Source of the DNA: Macrostomum lignano
Taxonomy: Eukaryota
Assembly: GCA_002269645.1 (NCBI GenBank)
Contig: NIVC01002708.1
Coordinates: forward strand, 62,001 to 126,000
Length of the DNA stretch: 64,000 nucleotides
Reading direction: 5' to 3'
The stretch's first letter is position 1. Every line of letters starts with the position of its first letter. Below, piece by piece: positions 47,737 to 61,400 of the stretch. Both the position numbers and the translations under genes were made by a program. The notes below the pieces were generated by a model. That model saw only the letters and a program-made list of their open reading frames with translations, did no database searches and was not told the origin of the DNA.

Positions 47737-50700
47737 ATGGACGGGCCCAGCACTTGGGCTGAGGTGAGTAGCCTACCTACTGTTGTTTTTGTGTATGTAG
47801 AAATTTATAAAATCAGGAGACAATTCCAGACAGATCCTACCCTATCAATATCTAGGTGGCCATTTTTGAGCATATTTGCCTAGTAAAAAACTGATTCCCT
47901 ACTTTCAGTTCAGTAGTAAGAAATAATGCGTTAGCTATTTTCAAAAAGAAAGGCAGTTGGAATGACTACTTATTAGACGTAAACAGCTTGTTATTAGTGC
48001 AGACGTAATGTACACTAGCCAGCGCCACTTAAATGTACATGGTAGCTTTAGGCGGGAACATCGAGGAAGGCAATCGAATTGGTGGAAAAACAAACATGGT
48101 TGGAGGCTTAAGAAGGCTTAAGCCAGAGAATTGGTATGTCTTAAAATACTTTAAACAGCTTCGATCTACTCAAATTTCAACTGAGCTGAAAGTAGCTTGC
48201 GCAAATGTGCAAAGCTATTTGACTTAGTTAGCTGGACTTAGAATTAACTGAAAATATTGAATGGTGTAATTAAAAATTTAATTCCTGGCATGGCCTAGCC
48301 ATTAGTCTACGAGTAGACTGTCATTTAATTTTTATTTAATTGGTCAGGCCATTAAATCGTTTTTATTGCAAATGAGGTAGACCGAAGCTGATTGGCTACT
48401 AGGGAGAGAGGGGCCACAATGTACAGTGGCTAGTCCGTATAGAGAATACAAATCATCTCTGTTCTCTTCTATCTCCTCTCTACTTTATCCTATCTACTCT
48501 CTCCTCCCTCATCTCATCTCTCTCATCTCTCTCATCTCTCCCTCTTCTCACCTCTACTCTCTACTCTCTACTCTCCAGAGATTAGCCAATAATTAAATGA
48601 ACCAACAGAGTTTTTTGATGAGAAGCCAGGAAAAGTAAATTATAAAGTTAAATGAATTTGTGTTTAGCTTTCTATTCAAAAATTTTCCAATTGCAAATCC
48701 TAAAAAGTGTTCTTAGGCAAAAAACATTTAGAATGTTAGTTAAATCAACTTAGCTATTGCATTCATTCTTTGCGTGATCTTTTTTGGATGTCATTTTTAC
48801 TTTTCGGTAAAAATTAGCTTTTACAATAATTACGAGTAAAAAACTCAATTCAAGATGTTGGCATTGCCCCTTCAGTTTTTACTGGGCCCTAACTGGGCCC
48901 CCCCATCCTGAAACCTCTCATGGACGCGCCCCTGCTGAGTGTCTGCATCTAACAAAGAATCGTTTGCAAATCTTCAACTTTATAAAGTTAGATTTTTTAT
49001 GGTTTGCTTCATTTTTACAAAGCTAAGAACGAAACAAAAAATGGAAACATTTAGTCTTGTTTTTTTCTGCCTTTGTGTTTTAATTTTTAAATTGGTTTGA
49101 AGCAACATTAACACATTTAAACAAACAGTTTTCTACTGTGGCGATAGAATTTAAATTTTTTTCAAATTTCAAATTTAAGACTAATAGTCCTTACATTTTT
49201 GCAACGGTTAACAGCCTTAAAAAGTTTCGATCTGAAGGTACTGATTTTTTTTTCCTAAATCTGTCAGTCAGCTAAAAGTTTGCATCTGGAGACGATGATT
49301 CAGCATGAATTATTTTCGTATCCAAGGGCGCAGCTGTCACACCCTGCCTTCGTCACGAATTGATCCAGGCGCAAAAGCTTTGACCTTGGCGCATTCGAAT
49401 CTTGACATCACATGCGACTGCGAGCTCTGGCAGTGCGTCACCGGCGAAATTTTTCGGTTGCTATCTGGTTTCGATGGCATGTGGTGATTGAAATTCCTGA
49501 AGCTATGCACGTGGGCAAACAACTACAAGCGTATTTCTAGCCGGTTGCTATGGTAAACAACCGTGAAAACAAGTACCAGTTGCTATGGTACACAACCGTG
49601 TAAACAAGTTGCCGGTTGCTATGGTACACAAAGGTGTAAACAAGTGCCAGTTGCTATGGTACACAACCGTGAAAAAAGTACCGGTTGCTATGGTACACAA
49701 CCGCGAAAACAAGTGCCGGTTGCTATGGTAAACAACCCTGAAAACAAGTGCCGGTTGCTATGGTACACAACCGTGTAAACAAGTGCTATCCCGTTGCTAT
49801 GCTGCCAAGCATATCCATGCACTTTCCCCATGAACCAGATCGACTCCATCCTGGCCTCAATCGATCCCAACCGAGCCTCCTGGATTTCCCAGCTGGAGGC
49901 GGCGGCGGCGGTGGCGGCGACAGGGTCGGCAGGCGACGGTCGCCTGCTGCTCGGCCTGGACGACTGGGCGGCGCTGAACCGGCTGGAAGAGGAAATCCTG
50001 GCGGGGCTGCTGGCGCACGGGTTCGACTGCGCCGGTTTCATTGTGAGTCCGAGACGCGCTGCAAATACCCTCGTTGCTATGGGGCAGGCTGACAATGAAA
50101 AATATTCCGTATTCAAGGGAAACCCCGTTGCTATACTGATTCAGGGCACCTATTAAAGGGAATCCGTATCCAAGGGAAACCCCGTTGCTATGCTGATTCA
50201 GGGCACCTGTTAAAGGGAATCCGTATCCAAGGGAAACCCTGTTGCTATACTGATTCAGGGCACCTATTAAAGGGAATCCGTATCCAAGGGAAACCCCGTT
50301 GCTATGCTGATTCAGGGCACCTGTTAAAGGGAATCCGTATCCAAGGGAAACCCCGTTGCTATGCTGATTCAGGGCACCTATTAAAGGGAATCCGTATCCA
50401 AAGGAAACCACGTTGCTATGCTGATTCAGGGCACCTATTAAAGGGAATACGTATCCAAAGGAAACCCCGTTGCTATGCTGATTCAGGGCACCTATTAAAG
50501 GGAATCCGTATCCAAGGGAAACCCCGTTGCTATGCTGATTCAGGGCACCTATTAAAGGGAATCCGTATCCAAGGGAAACCCCGTTGCTATGCTGATTCAG
50601 GGCACCTATTGAAGGGAATCCGTATCCAAGGGAGTTGTAATGCTGATCAAGGGAACATTTTCACGGGAATCCGTATCCAAGGGAAACCCCCGTTGCTATG

Positions 50701-53700
50701 CTGATTCAGGGCACCTGTTAAAGGGAATCCGTATCCAAGGGAAATCCTTGTTGCTATGCTGATTCAGGGCACCTCCTAAAGGGAATCTGTATCCAAGGGA
50801 GTTGTAATGCTGATCAAGGGAACATTTTCAAGGGAATCCGTATCCAACGGAAACCTCCGTTGCTATGCTGATTCAGGGCACCCATTAAAGGGAATCCGTA
50901 TCCAAGGGAAACCCCGTTGCTATGCTGATTCAGGGCACCTATTAAAGGGAATCCGTATCCAAGGGAAACCCTTGTTGCTATGCTGATTCAGGGCACCTCC
51001 TAAAGGGAATCCGTATCCAAGGGAAACCCTTGTTGCTATGCTGATTCAGGGCACCTCCTAAAGGGAATCCGTATCCAAGGGAGTTGTAATGCTGATCAAG
51101 GGAACATTTTCACGGGAATCCGTATCCAAGGGAAACCCCCGTTGCTATGCTGATTCAGGGCACCTGTTAAAGGGAATCCGTATCCAAGGGAAATCCTTGT
51201 TGCTATGCTGATTCAGGGCACCTCCTAAAGGGAATCCGTATCCAAGGGAGTTGTAATGCTGATCAAGGGAACATTTTCAAGGGAATCCGTATCCAACGGA
51301 AACCTCCGTTGCTATGCTGATTCAGGGCACCTATTAAAGGGAATCCGTATCCAAGGGAAACCCCGTTGCTATGCTGATTCAGGGCACCTATTAAAGGGAA
51401 TCCGTATCCAAGGGAAACCCTTGTTGCTATGCTGATTCAGGGCACCTCCTAAAGGGAATCCGTATCCAAGGGAAACCCTTGTTGCTATGCTGATTCAGGG
51501 CACCTCCTAAAGGGAATCCGTATCCAAGGGAGTTGTAATGCTGATCAAGGGAACATTTTCAAGGGAATCCGTATCCAACGGAAACCTCCGTTTTTATACT
51601 AGTGAAAAGCAGTGAGGCCGTATCCAGAGGAAATCCCCGTTGCTAAGCAGATAAGTTTTAAAAGTGCTCGCCCTCCTCTCTCCCTCTCCAGAACGGTGTC
51701 CTGAGCGACGCCGACCTGCAAGAGCTGGGCGTCCGGTCGGGCATGCAGCGGCGGCGGATCCTCGCCGCTGTCCAGGAGCTGCCCAATTGCGCTATGGAAG
51801 GTGAGCTGGGCTAAGACAGAGGGCAACAACAGGATGCGGGGATAATGATGAAGCGGAAGTTGATGATAGCCTCGGGTAGATAAAACGGCGCAGCCCCCTA
51901 CTTTTCTTACCCTGTACGGAGCGGGGCCGCCAATGATTGACGCATCGGGCCTGGCGCATCTTTTTACAGCATTTTTACAGCACCTCTACAGGCGCGTTTC
52001 GCCCAGCCATCCCCAGAAACCCCCCCCCCTGTCTTTTTCCTCTCCTCTCGTATCGACGTTAACCTGCGGTTTTACAATCGCCCTTGTTTTTTGGGCTTCT
52101 TGCCGAGCTTCCCAGATGCAGGCAGGGATTCTGGACGATCCAATTAATCTTCAAGGCATATCCGTATGCACCCAGAACTGCTGAAAGGGCTTGAAAGTTT
52201 TGAGCTCGTTACTGTCTGGCACCGTCTGGTTATATACTTGTAGGTGTAGCATAAAAGATGGACTTTTGTCATGAAAAATGATATCTTCTGGTGATCTGAA
52301 ATGACCTTCACTCGATTTTGAAATTTGGTCCGTGAATATAAATTCTTCAGATCGAATATGGTATTCCTGAGTTTGAAATTAACATATCTCTTATCAAAAG
52401 TGGCGTCTCTCAGATCAAAGTGGCGTCGCTCAGATCAAAGTGGCGTCGCTCAGATCAAAGTGGCGTCGCTCAGATCAAAGTGGCATCTCTCAGATCAAAG
52501 TGGCTTCTCTCAGATGAACGTGGCATCTCTCAGATCGAAGTGTCATCTTTCATACTGTAGGGTTGCGTTTGGTTTGGGCCGTAGGGGTGGGGGCTGCTCT
52601 ATTAGTATATGTACTTGCATCTCGCTTTCTTCTCTGTACATGCCCACCACCCCAGTTGGGTGAGTCACTTTAATCGATCTATCATCGCTGACTATTTAAT
52701 CGCTCGTAAATTATCGTGCATCAAAATATACTGCGTAAACTTACTCAAAATTCTCGGCTCTTACATTGGTGGCAGCGAGAACCCAGTGCAAGTGCACTCA
52801 TGGCCCAGAACACCCTTCTACCGCCAAAGTTCAGTGGAACAGATGGCACTGACGTGAGAAAGTGGCTGCGCATCTTTGAGGAATTCGCCAACGATGCGAA
52901 ATGGGACGACGCGACCTCAGCGTCGAAGGTGAAGCTGCTGCTCACGGGAGAAGCCCAACTTGTCGTCTGGGACCTGGCCGAGACAAGACGAAAGAGTTTT
53001 AAAGGTATAAAGGAGGACCTCACAAAGTTTTATGGAGGCGAAGCCGACAGCTTTAAGGCCATGAGCGACTTCTACGCAAGGAAACGTGGAGATGCCGAGA
53101 CACTGCGTGAGCTCTGCTTTAACCTGAAGCTGCTACACCAGAAAGCCAGATCGGAGGACTCAAGTGCTCAGCGAGACCGAGATGTGCGCTTCAAGCTTCT
53201 GCAGCTGCTCAAGGCCGACATTCGTGACAACCTGCTTAAGGCAGAGGACGCAGAGACCTGCAGCCTGGAGACTCTGCTGCAGCGGGCGGCTCGGCTGGAG
53301 GAGCTGGCTGGGCGACAGTCGGTGGCGGCAGTCGCAGCCGTCAGCGCTACATCATCGGCAGAACCAAGCGAGGACCGCCTGGACCGACTGGAGAAACGCA
53401 TGGAGGAGCTCATCGCAAGGGTCAGCGTACAGTCGGGTACCGACACTCGGCGTCGCCGTCAACAGCGAGTAGGCGGCTGCTTCAACTGCGGCCAGCTCAG
53501 CAGCGAGAGAAACAGCCGGGTCCGATCATCTGCCACAAGTGCTCTGGGCGGGGGCACAAGGACTCTGTCTGCCCATCGAAGGCTCCGGGAAGCTTTTAAG
53601 GGTTGGTGCAACGGGTGCGGGACCCACACCAACCCCAAGGAGCAATCCCGTGCTTCATGCTATTTTTATACCTGGAGAGGCAAACGGCAAGCCGTGCCGC

Positions 53701-56700
53701 TGGCTGCTGGACACCGGAGCGCCGACCTCGCTGATCAGCGACGTTGCTCTGAGAGAGCTGGACGGTCGCTGCGAGCTGAAGCCGGCAGATGTCAGGCCTG
53801 TGTCCGTGGACGGCTCCGTTCTCGAGCTGTTAGGAAGCGTGAGCATTACGGTGCGACTCAGTCATCAGCTGCGCAGACAAATGGACGTGCTGGTGGTCAG
53901 AGGGATTCACCCAAACTTCATCCTGGGGATGGATTTCGTGAGCAAGGCGGCCAGATCGCAGTTCAGCATCGACCAGGGTGCCAAGACAGTCGCATTCGAT
54001 GGTGAGGCGGTTCCGTTCAGTGACTGCGATTCCAAGCAAGATGGCCCGCTGTCTTGTTGCTTGGTACCCACAGTGATCATCGCCAGAGTTCAGGGCGCCG
54101 TCGTGGTACCGCCAAGGTCAGTTAAAGTGGTGGACGTGACGACCGAGACCAAGCAGGCACATGGCATCTTCGAGCCGTCACAGGAGTTCATCGATAGAAT
54201 CGGAGTGCTACCCGGCCGCGTGTTCGCGGTGTCTTCAGAGAGCGGCAAGATTCCGGTTCAGGTGTGCAACCTCAGCTGCAGCCCGGTCACGCTGTTCTCC
54301 AACCAGAGCATCGGCACCTTCGAGAGCGCGGCGGTTATCAACGAGGACGAGGACGTGCACGAGTGGCGAGGCCCCGCAGACCAGTTCAACATCAATCCGG
54401 AGCTGCCGGAGGAGGACAGCAACCGTTTAGCAATGCTGCTGAGGGCATTTGCCGACGTGGTCTCAGTCCATGAGTTCGACGTTGGTACGAGCAGCGCAGC
54501 GCAGCACAAGATTGAGCTGGACGACGGCGCTCGCCCGATTCGCCAACGGCCTCGGCGGGTGCCTCACGCCTTCAGGAGGCAAGTGGACGAGAAGCTGGAG
54601 CAGATGCGACAACACGGCGTCATCGAGCCCTCCACCAGCCCGTGGGCGAGCAACCTGATAATCGTCAGAAAGAAGAATAATGACATCCGAGTCTGTGTAG
54701 ACTGGCGGGCGCTGAACAACCTCACAGTGAAGGACGCCCACCCGCTGCCGCATTTGCACCAAGCGCTCGACTCCTTGGCTGGCTGCTCATGGTTCTCTAC
54801 GATCGACATGCGCCAAGGCTTCCTTCAGGTGGAGGTCAGAGAGGAGGATCGGCCGTTGACAGCGTTCTACACTCAGAGCGGCCTGATGCAATTCCGCAAA
54901 ATGGGATTCGGCATGTGCAACGCGCCTGCGACGTACCAGCGAATGATGGAGCTCATCATGACCGGCCTGAGCTGGGAGGAGGTCATCGCGTACATTGATG
55001 ACCTGATCATCTTCAACAGGGACTTTGAGAACCACGTTCAGTCACTGTCCAAGGTGCTGCATCGACTGCGGTCTGCCAAGCTGAAGCTGAACCCAGGCAA
55101 GAGCTTCTTTGCCTACCGGAGCGTCACGTACCTGGGTCACCAAGTCTCTGAGAGCGGCATCGCACCTGCCGCGGAGAAGGTCGAGGCGATCAGGCGGATG
55201 CCGGAGCCGCAGTCTGAGGAGGATGTTCGACGCATCATCGGCATGCTCAGCTTCTACCGCAGGTTCGTGCCCAACTTCTCTGACATTGCCAAACCGCTGC
55301 ATCACCTGGCTCAGAAAGGCGCGGGCGGCGGCTTCGTGTGGACGTCAGAGCATGCTGCGGTGCTGAACAAGTTGAAGGACGCGCTGACCCAGGCCCCGGT
55401 GCTCCAGCTGCCCGACTTCAGCCGGCCTATCGTCATCAGCTGTGACAGCAGTGCTGTGGCCTTGGGTGCGGTGCTCAGCCAGGAGCGCGACGGCCAGGAG
55501 CTGCCAGTGGCCTACGCTTCCCGGACGCTGAGCAAGGCAGAGCGCAACTACAGCACCACGGACCGGGAGCTGCTCGCGATTGTTTGGAGCCTCAAGCAGT
55601 TCCGCATGTACCTGAGCAACAGCTGCAAGATCCAGGTGTTCACCGACCACAAGCCGATCACTGGGCTGCTCAACGCGAAGGAGCCAACCGGTCGGCTGGC
55701 ACGTTGGCTACAGCTCATTCAGGAGTTCCCCCTGGAAATCCTGTACCGGCCCGGCAAGGAGAACATCGTGCCAGACACCCTCAGCCGAGCAGCGGCGGTG
55801 CAGTTCCAGATCGCTAATCTGCCTGACGAGCAGGACCAGGACCAGGTTCTGCACGCGGTTCGGCACGCGATGCTCCAGCCCAACTTTCAAGTTCCGGCGG
55901 CGGTGAGTGCGTCGGTCCAGAAGCTGCTGCCCTGTCTGACGCTGTCACCGGACGGCGCACTGCTCCACAACGGATTGCCGGTGATCCCCCAGCACATGAG
56001 AGCGGAGCTGCTGCAACAGGCGCACGACCGGCCGAGCGCGGGTCACCTCGGTCAGCGGCGGGTGCTGCGGGCTCTGCGCGAGCGTTCCTGGTGGCCGGAC
56101 ATGCGCGAGGACGTGCGGGACTGGGTGCGGAGCTGCCTGGTCTGCTAACGACGCAAGGGAGCGCCAAAGCGAGCGCGCGCTGAGCTGGTGCGGCAGCCGC
56201 TACCGGCCAAGCCGTGGGCTGTCATGCAACTCGACATCAAGGGCCCACTGCCAGTCACCGAGTCTGGCAAGCGCTACATCATCTGCTTTGTCGACACATT
56301 TTCAAAGTGGGTGGAGGCGGCGGCCCTCAGCCAGATCGACGCCAAGACGGTAGCCGAGGCTCTGGTGACCTGTGTGGTGCTGCGGCACGGAGTTCCGGGG
56401 GTCGTGCACTCGGACCAAGGTCGCCAGTTTGAGGCCGAAGTTTTCAAGCAGACCTGCGCGCTGCTCGGAGCAGAAAAATCGAGGACCTCACCGTTTCACC
56501 CCAGCGGCAACGGGAACGTCGAGAGGTTCAATAGGACGCTGGGCAACATGCTCTCCGCATTCTGCTCAGAGAATCAGGCCAGCTGGGACGCCCTGCTGCC
56601 CTATGTCGTGTGGGCCTACAACAGCTCTGAGCACAGCTCCACGGGCGAGTCGCCGTTCAAAGTGCTACGCGGCATCGAGCCCAGACTGCTGGTCGACTTG

Positions 56701-58395
56701 GCACTCGGTGGGCAGCGCGACCAGCCGCAGGACTGCGCGGACCTGCAGGCGAGAATCAGGCGCGGCTTTCAGGTAGTGCGGGCGCACCTGCACACGGCCC
56801 AGAAATCGCAGCACGAGTTCTACAACCTAGGGGCAGAGACTACCGACTTCAAGACCGGTGACCGAGTGATACTGACGCACCATGCGATGAAGCGCGGCCA
56901 GTGCAAGTCGCTGTCGAGCCGGTGGTCCGGCCCGTTCATCGTCCTTAAGAAGGTCAGCCCTGTGAACTACCGGCTGCAGGCTGTGAACGGCAGGCGCCGC
57001 TTGCTGGTCCACCACGACCGCTTGAAGCGCTTTATCGACCGACCGAATCTGAGCGGCAGGCCGCCAGCCAAGCCGGCCACCGAGGACGACTGTCAGAGCG
57101 TCGAGGACGCCGCGGGCCAGCTGGCCGGCCCGGACGCCTGGGAGCCGCTGCGCAACCTGGACGCGGCTGAACCCGGCAACACGGTGCGCCGGTCGGGCAG
57201 GCAGCGCCGGCGGCCGGATTTTTACACGGCGACCCTTGACGTGCTTTTTTTCTGATCGGGACTTTTTTCGCGTTGCATGAACTTTTTTTTGTTTGCTTTT
57301 GTTTTATCCCGTTTTTTTTATCCCATGTATTTTTCTTGGGGGAGAGTGATGTAGGGTTGCGTTTGGTTTGGGCCGTAGGGGTGGGGGCTGCTCTATTAGT
57401 ATATGTACTTGCATCTCGCTCTCTTCTCTGTACATGCCCACCACCCCAGTTGGGTGAGTCACTTTAATCGATCTATCATCGCTGACTATTTAATCGCTCG
57501 TAAATTATCGTGCATCAAAATATACTGCGTAAACTTACTCAAAATTCTCGGCTCTTACAATACCAAAGTGGCATCTCTCAGATCAAAGTGGCACCCCTTA
57601 GATCAAATGCGTTCCATCGTGTGTGTAAACTGACATTAATTATGAGGAATTCTTCAAATATTTAATATTTAAAAAATTCAAAGTCGAAATAGCATCGTTA
57701 AAGATTACATAAAACTGCTGTGTATCAGGTCCAGGACGAAGTTCTGACGAGACTTTCAATGTTAATTTTTCACCCCTGACAAACCACTGCAGTGGCTGAG
57801 TCCCTGTCAGGCTCAGCCAGTGCCGACTATCTGATGCAGCGGCTCCGGCTCAATCACCAACTCGGCAGAGAGTTCGCTGATGCGGCCGCCGCAGCCACGG
57901 TGAACGATCTGGCCTCGGCGACTGAGGCGGAGCTACAAATGGTGAGAGTCTAACAAAAATTTTATTCTTTTTTTCGTGTTCGTCTACTTTCAGTAGTTTT
58001 CAGGAGCCCACGTAGATTTTTAAAGGGGATTTTTCTTTCTTTCAGTTTTTTCTTTTGATTTTTTATTTCCAAAAGGGATCTTTTTTGTAATCGCCTACTT
58101 TCAGTAGTTTTTATAGCTGTTTAAGGACTACTTAAGGATCATGCCTTCTTTGAATGGTTGAGTGCGGGAGGCTGGTGTTTTTTAGTAACTTGTCAATAAT
58201 TTTATTTCTCCTCAAAGATAAATTAGAATTGACCGAAGCTAATAAAAACATTCAAATGCGTCAGACTCTCCGCTCCAACCAAACCAGCGATTCGGCTTGC
58301 ATAAACTCGGTCACCGGCGGCGCGTTTTCTGTTGCCTTGACAACGCACAAGCGTTGGGACGCCTTCGGCGACCTCATCATAATCATCATCAGCAT

Positions 58396-58430
<35 letters not shown>

Positions 58431-61400
58431 AATGATGCAGCAGAACGGAGTTCAGCACGGGCGTCAGAGCTCGAACCTATCAGCCAGATCTGCCGCTTCA
58501 TCTGCAACCGCCGCTGCCGCACTTCAAACCTCCCCATCCTCCTCCTGCCCCTCCTGTTCCTCCTCTGACGACGGCGATCACTCATCATCGCTGCTCGCGG
58601 CCGCTTCGGCGGGCATCGCGAACCGGCGACAGGGTCTTCGAGCAGCGGCGGGGGCGGCGGCGGCGGTGAAGAACAGCAAAGCGACGGCGCTGACGGAGGT
58701 GCTGCCGCGGCGAGAGCTGCCGGCTTTCCCAGCTGGCGGCTGCAGCCGGTCGTGGATGGCGGACGGCGCCGCTGGCGGAGAGGTCGGCGGCCGCCGGGAG
58801 CTGTCAGGAGCCGTGGGAGGCGGCAACCACGATGACGTGGTGCTGGTGCGATCGCGGTCGATCGACTGTCTGGACGGCGACGCTGCCAGCCTGCAGAGGC
58901 GGCGGTTGGCGTCGGCAGCCTCGGCGGCATTCCGGCCGCTGGTCAGCGAGTCCTGGCCGCACCATCCTGACGTGCTGCTCCGGGACAGCTTTTCCTACTC
59001 GGTGTCCGTGAGTTCCTCGGGGCCTTGACGGGTTTCGTTTGTTGGGCCATATACTACTGCTTGAGTAGCCAGTCGACGTCTTGTAGCTAGCATGAAAATT
59101 ATTTCGCTTGCCATTTTAATTTACTAGCAGTAGTAATATAAGCAGGTTACAAGTAAAAAAAGTAAATGATTTTCATTGAATTCAAGTTTTTGATTGATTT
59201 ATTATAAAATATTTTTATCAAAATTTCTACTTTTAAAGGTATGATACCATGAGGCTCGATATTAAAAATGTTAATGCACTGCTTACGTTACTGCAAGTAA
59301 AAGTGACTTCAGAGAGTAGGCAGAATGGCGCCGACTCTCAGAGATTAGTGGTAGAATGGCGCCAACTTGCTCAGAGATTGGTGGTAGAATGGCGTTAACT
59401 CTCAAAGATTGGTGGTAGAATGGCGCCAACTCTCAGAGATTGATGGTAGAATGGCGCCAACTCTCATAGATTGATGGTAGAATGGCGCCGACTCTCAAAG
59501 ATTGATTGTAGAATGGCGCCAACTCTCAAAGATTAATGGTAGAATAACGCCGACTCTTAGAGATTGGTGGTAGAATGGCGCCAAATCTCAGAGATTGGTG
59601 GTAGAATGGCGCCAACTCTCAGAGATTGGTGGTAGAATGGCGCCAACTCTCAGAGATTGATGGTAGAATGGCGCCAACTCTCATAGATTGATGGTAGAAT
59701 GGCGCCGACTCTCAAAGATTGATTGTAGAATGGCGCCAACTCTCAAAGATTAATGGTAGAATAACGCCGACTCTTAGAGATTGGTGGTAGAATGGCGCCA
59801 AATCTCAGAGATTGGTGGTAGAATGGCGCCAACTCTCAAAGACTGGTGGTAGAATGGCGCCAACTCTCAAAGACTGGTGGTAGAATGGCGCCAACTCTCA
59901 AAGATTGGTGGTAGAATGGCGCCAACTCTCAAAGATTGATGGTAGAATGGCGCCAACTCTCAAAGATTGATGGTAGAATGGCGCCGACTCTTAGAGATTG
60001 GTGGTAGAATGGCGCCAACTCTCAGAGATTGGTGGTAGAATGGCGCCAACTCTCAAAGACTGGTGGTAGAATGGCGCCAACTCTCAAAGACTGGTGGTAG
60101 AATGGCGCCAACTCTCAAAGACTGATGGTAGAATGGCGCCAACTCTCAAAGACTGATGGTAGAATGGCGCCAACTCTCAAAACTTAGTAATTAACTCAGG
60201 CGAGCCTGCATACGAGTATCGTAACTAGTAATTATCGTAATTATAGTAATTATCGTAACTATAGTAACTATCGTAACGAGTATCGTAACTAGAATTCTGA
60301 AGACCGGACGACAATATATTGGTTCATTATCTCCGAATTCCAGTATCTGGGTTTCCGCCCACTGGCAGACCATACGGACCCGACAGAGACCGCCCAGGTC
60401 ATGCAGATGTTCCGCTGCAAGAGTGCCGACATTCTCAAGCTGCCCAGGATTCGTCTGACAGTGTGCTACAGAGGCGTGAAGTTCATCAATCCCGATAATG
60501 ACGTGAGCTGCTGCGGAACCGATCTGTGTTTTTTAACTTGGCATTTCAGTTTCAATTGGATGGATTGGAGAATATTACAATTTTGAGAGTTTTAAACAGT
60601 AAAGCTGTTAGGTAAAACTACCAAGCGGAAATTACCAAGAGGAAATTACCAAGAGAAAACTACCTAGGGACGGGAGCTAGAAGGGGAAACTACCAAAAGA
60701 GCTAGTAAGGGGAAACTACAATAGTAAGGAGGAAGTACCAAGAAGAAACTACCAAGAGGAAACTACCAAATGAGCTAGTAAGAGGAAACTACCAAGGGAG
60801 CTAGTAAGAGGAAACTACCAAGGGAGCTAGTAAGAGGAAACTACCAAGGGAGCTAGTAAGAGGAAACTACCAAGGGAGCTAGTAAGAGGAAACTACCAAG
60901 GGAGCTAGTAAGGGGAAACTACCAAGGGAGCTAGTAAGGGGCAACTGCCAGAGGGAAGCTACAAATTAGGGAAACCAGGCATATTCAAGAAGCGAACCGC
61001 GCACTCTATTGCAGATGGTGATCACTGAGCACCGGATAACGGAGATCTACTTCGCCTGTCAGGACAACACTCGGCGAGCCAATTTTGCTTACGTTACTAA
61101 GGACAGCGTGAACGGCGTGCACTATTGCCACTGCTTCGCCTCCCACTCACCTGTGAGTCTAACTGTGGCCCAGTATGGCAGTGGTGCTCACTTCCCACTG
61201 AGTCTCATCCTAAAATTTGTCCCACAGAGATCTCATGCCTAAGAAAACTGTCCCACAGGGATCTCATGCCTGATAAAACTGTCCCACAGGGATCTCATGC
61301 CTGAGAAAACTGTCCCACAGGGATCTCATGCCTGAGAAAACTGTCCTACAGAGATCTCATGCCTGAGAAAACTGTCCCACAGAGATCTCATGCCTGAGAA

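Larger units (their letters stand above)
52556..57559 (+). mobile_element. Young Ty3/Gypsy LTR retrotransposon (5.0 kb) in intron 3 of the ANKS1-like gene
   Basis: 210-bp LTRs 52556-52765 and 57350-57559 (TG...CA, one mismatch). TSD ATAC at 52552-52555 and 57560-57563. PBS TGGTGGCAGCG (tRNA-Leu) at 52767. PPT GGGGGAGAGTGA at 57338-57349. Confidence 0.97.

Noticed and set aside
48830-48934. MITE end (…TGGACGCGCCCCTG)
   Set aside because: Only one terminus is visible, with no partner TIR or TSD
49305-49487. ORF as an additional exon of the ANKS1-like gene
   Set aside because: No phase-compatible donor; exon 47737-47763 joins exon 2 directly and restores the conserved motif
56900-57255. Chromodomain at the integrase C-terminus (either element)
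   Set aside because: Only a GPF/Y module and a disordered tail are present; no aromatic-cage pattern
59325-60180. TGGCGCC(A/G)AC units as tRNA-Lys primer binding sites
   Set aside because: Match is short and there is no adjacent LTR
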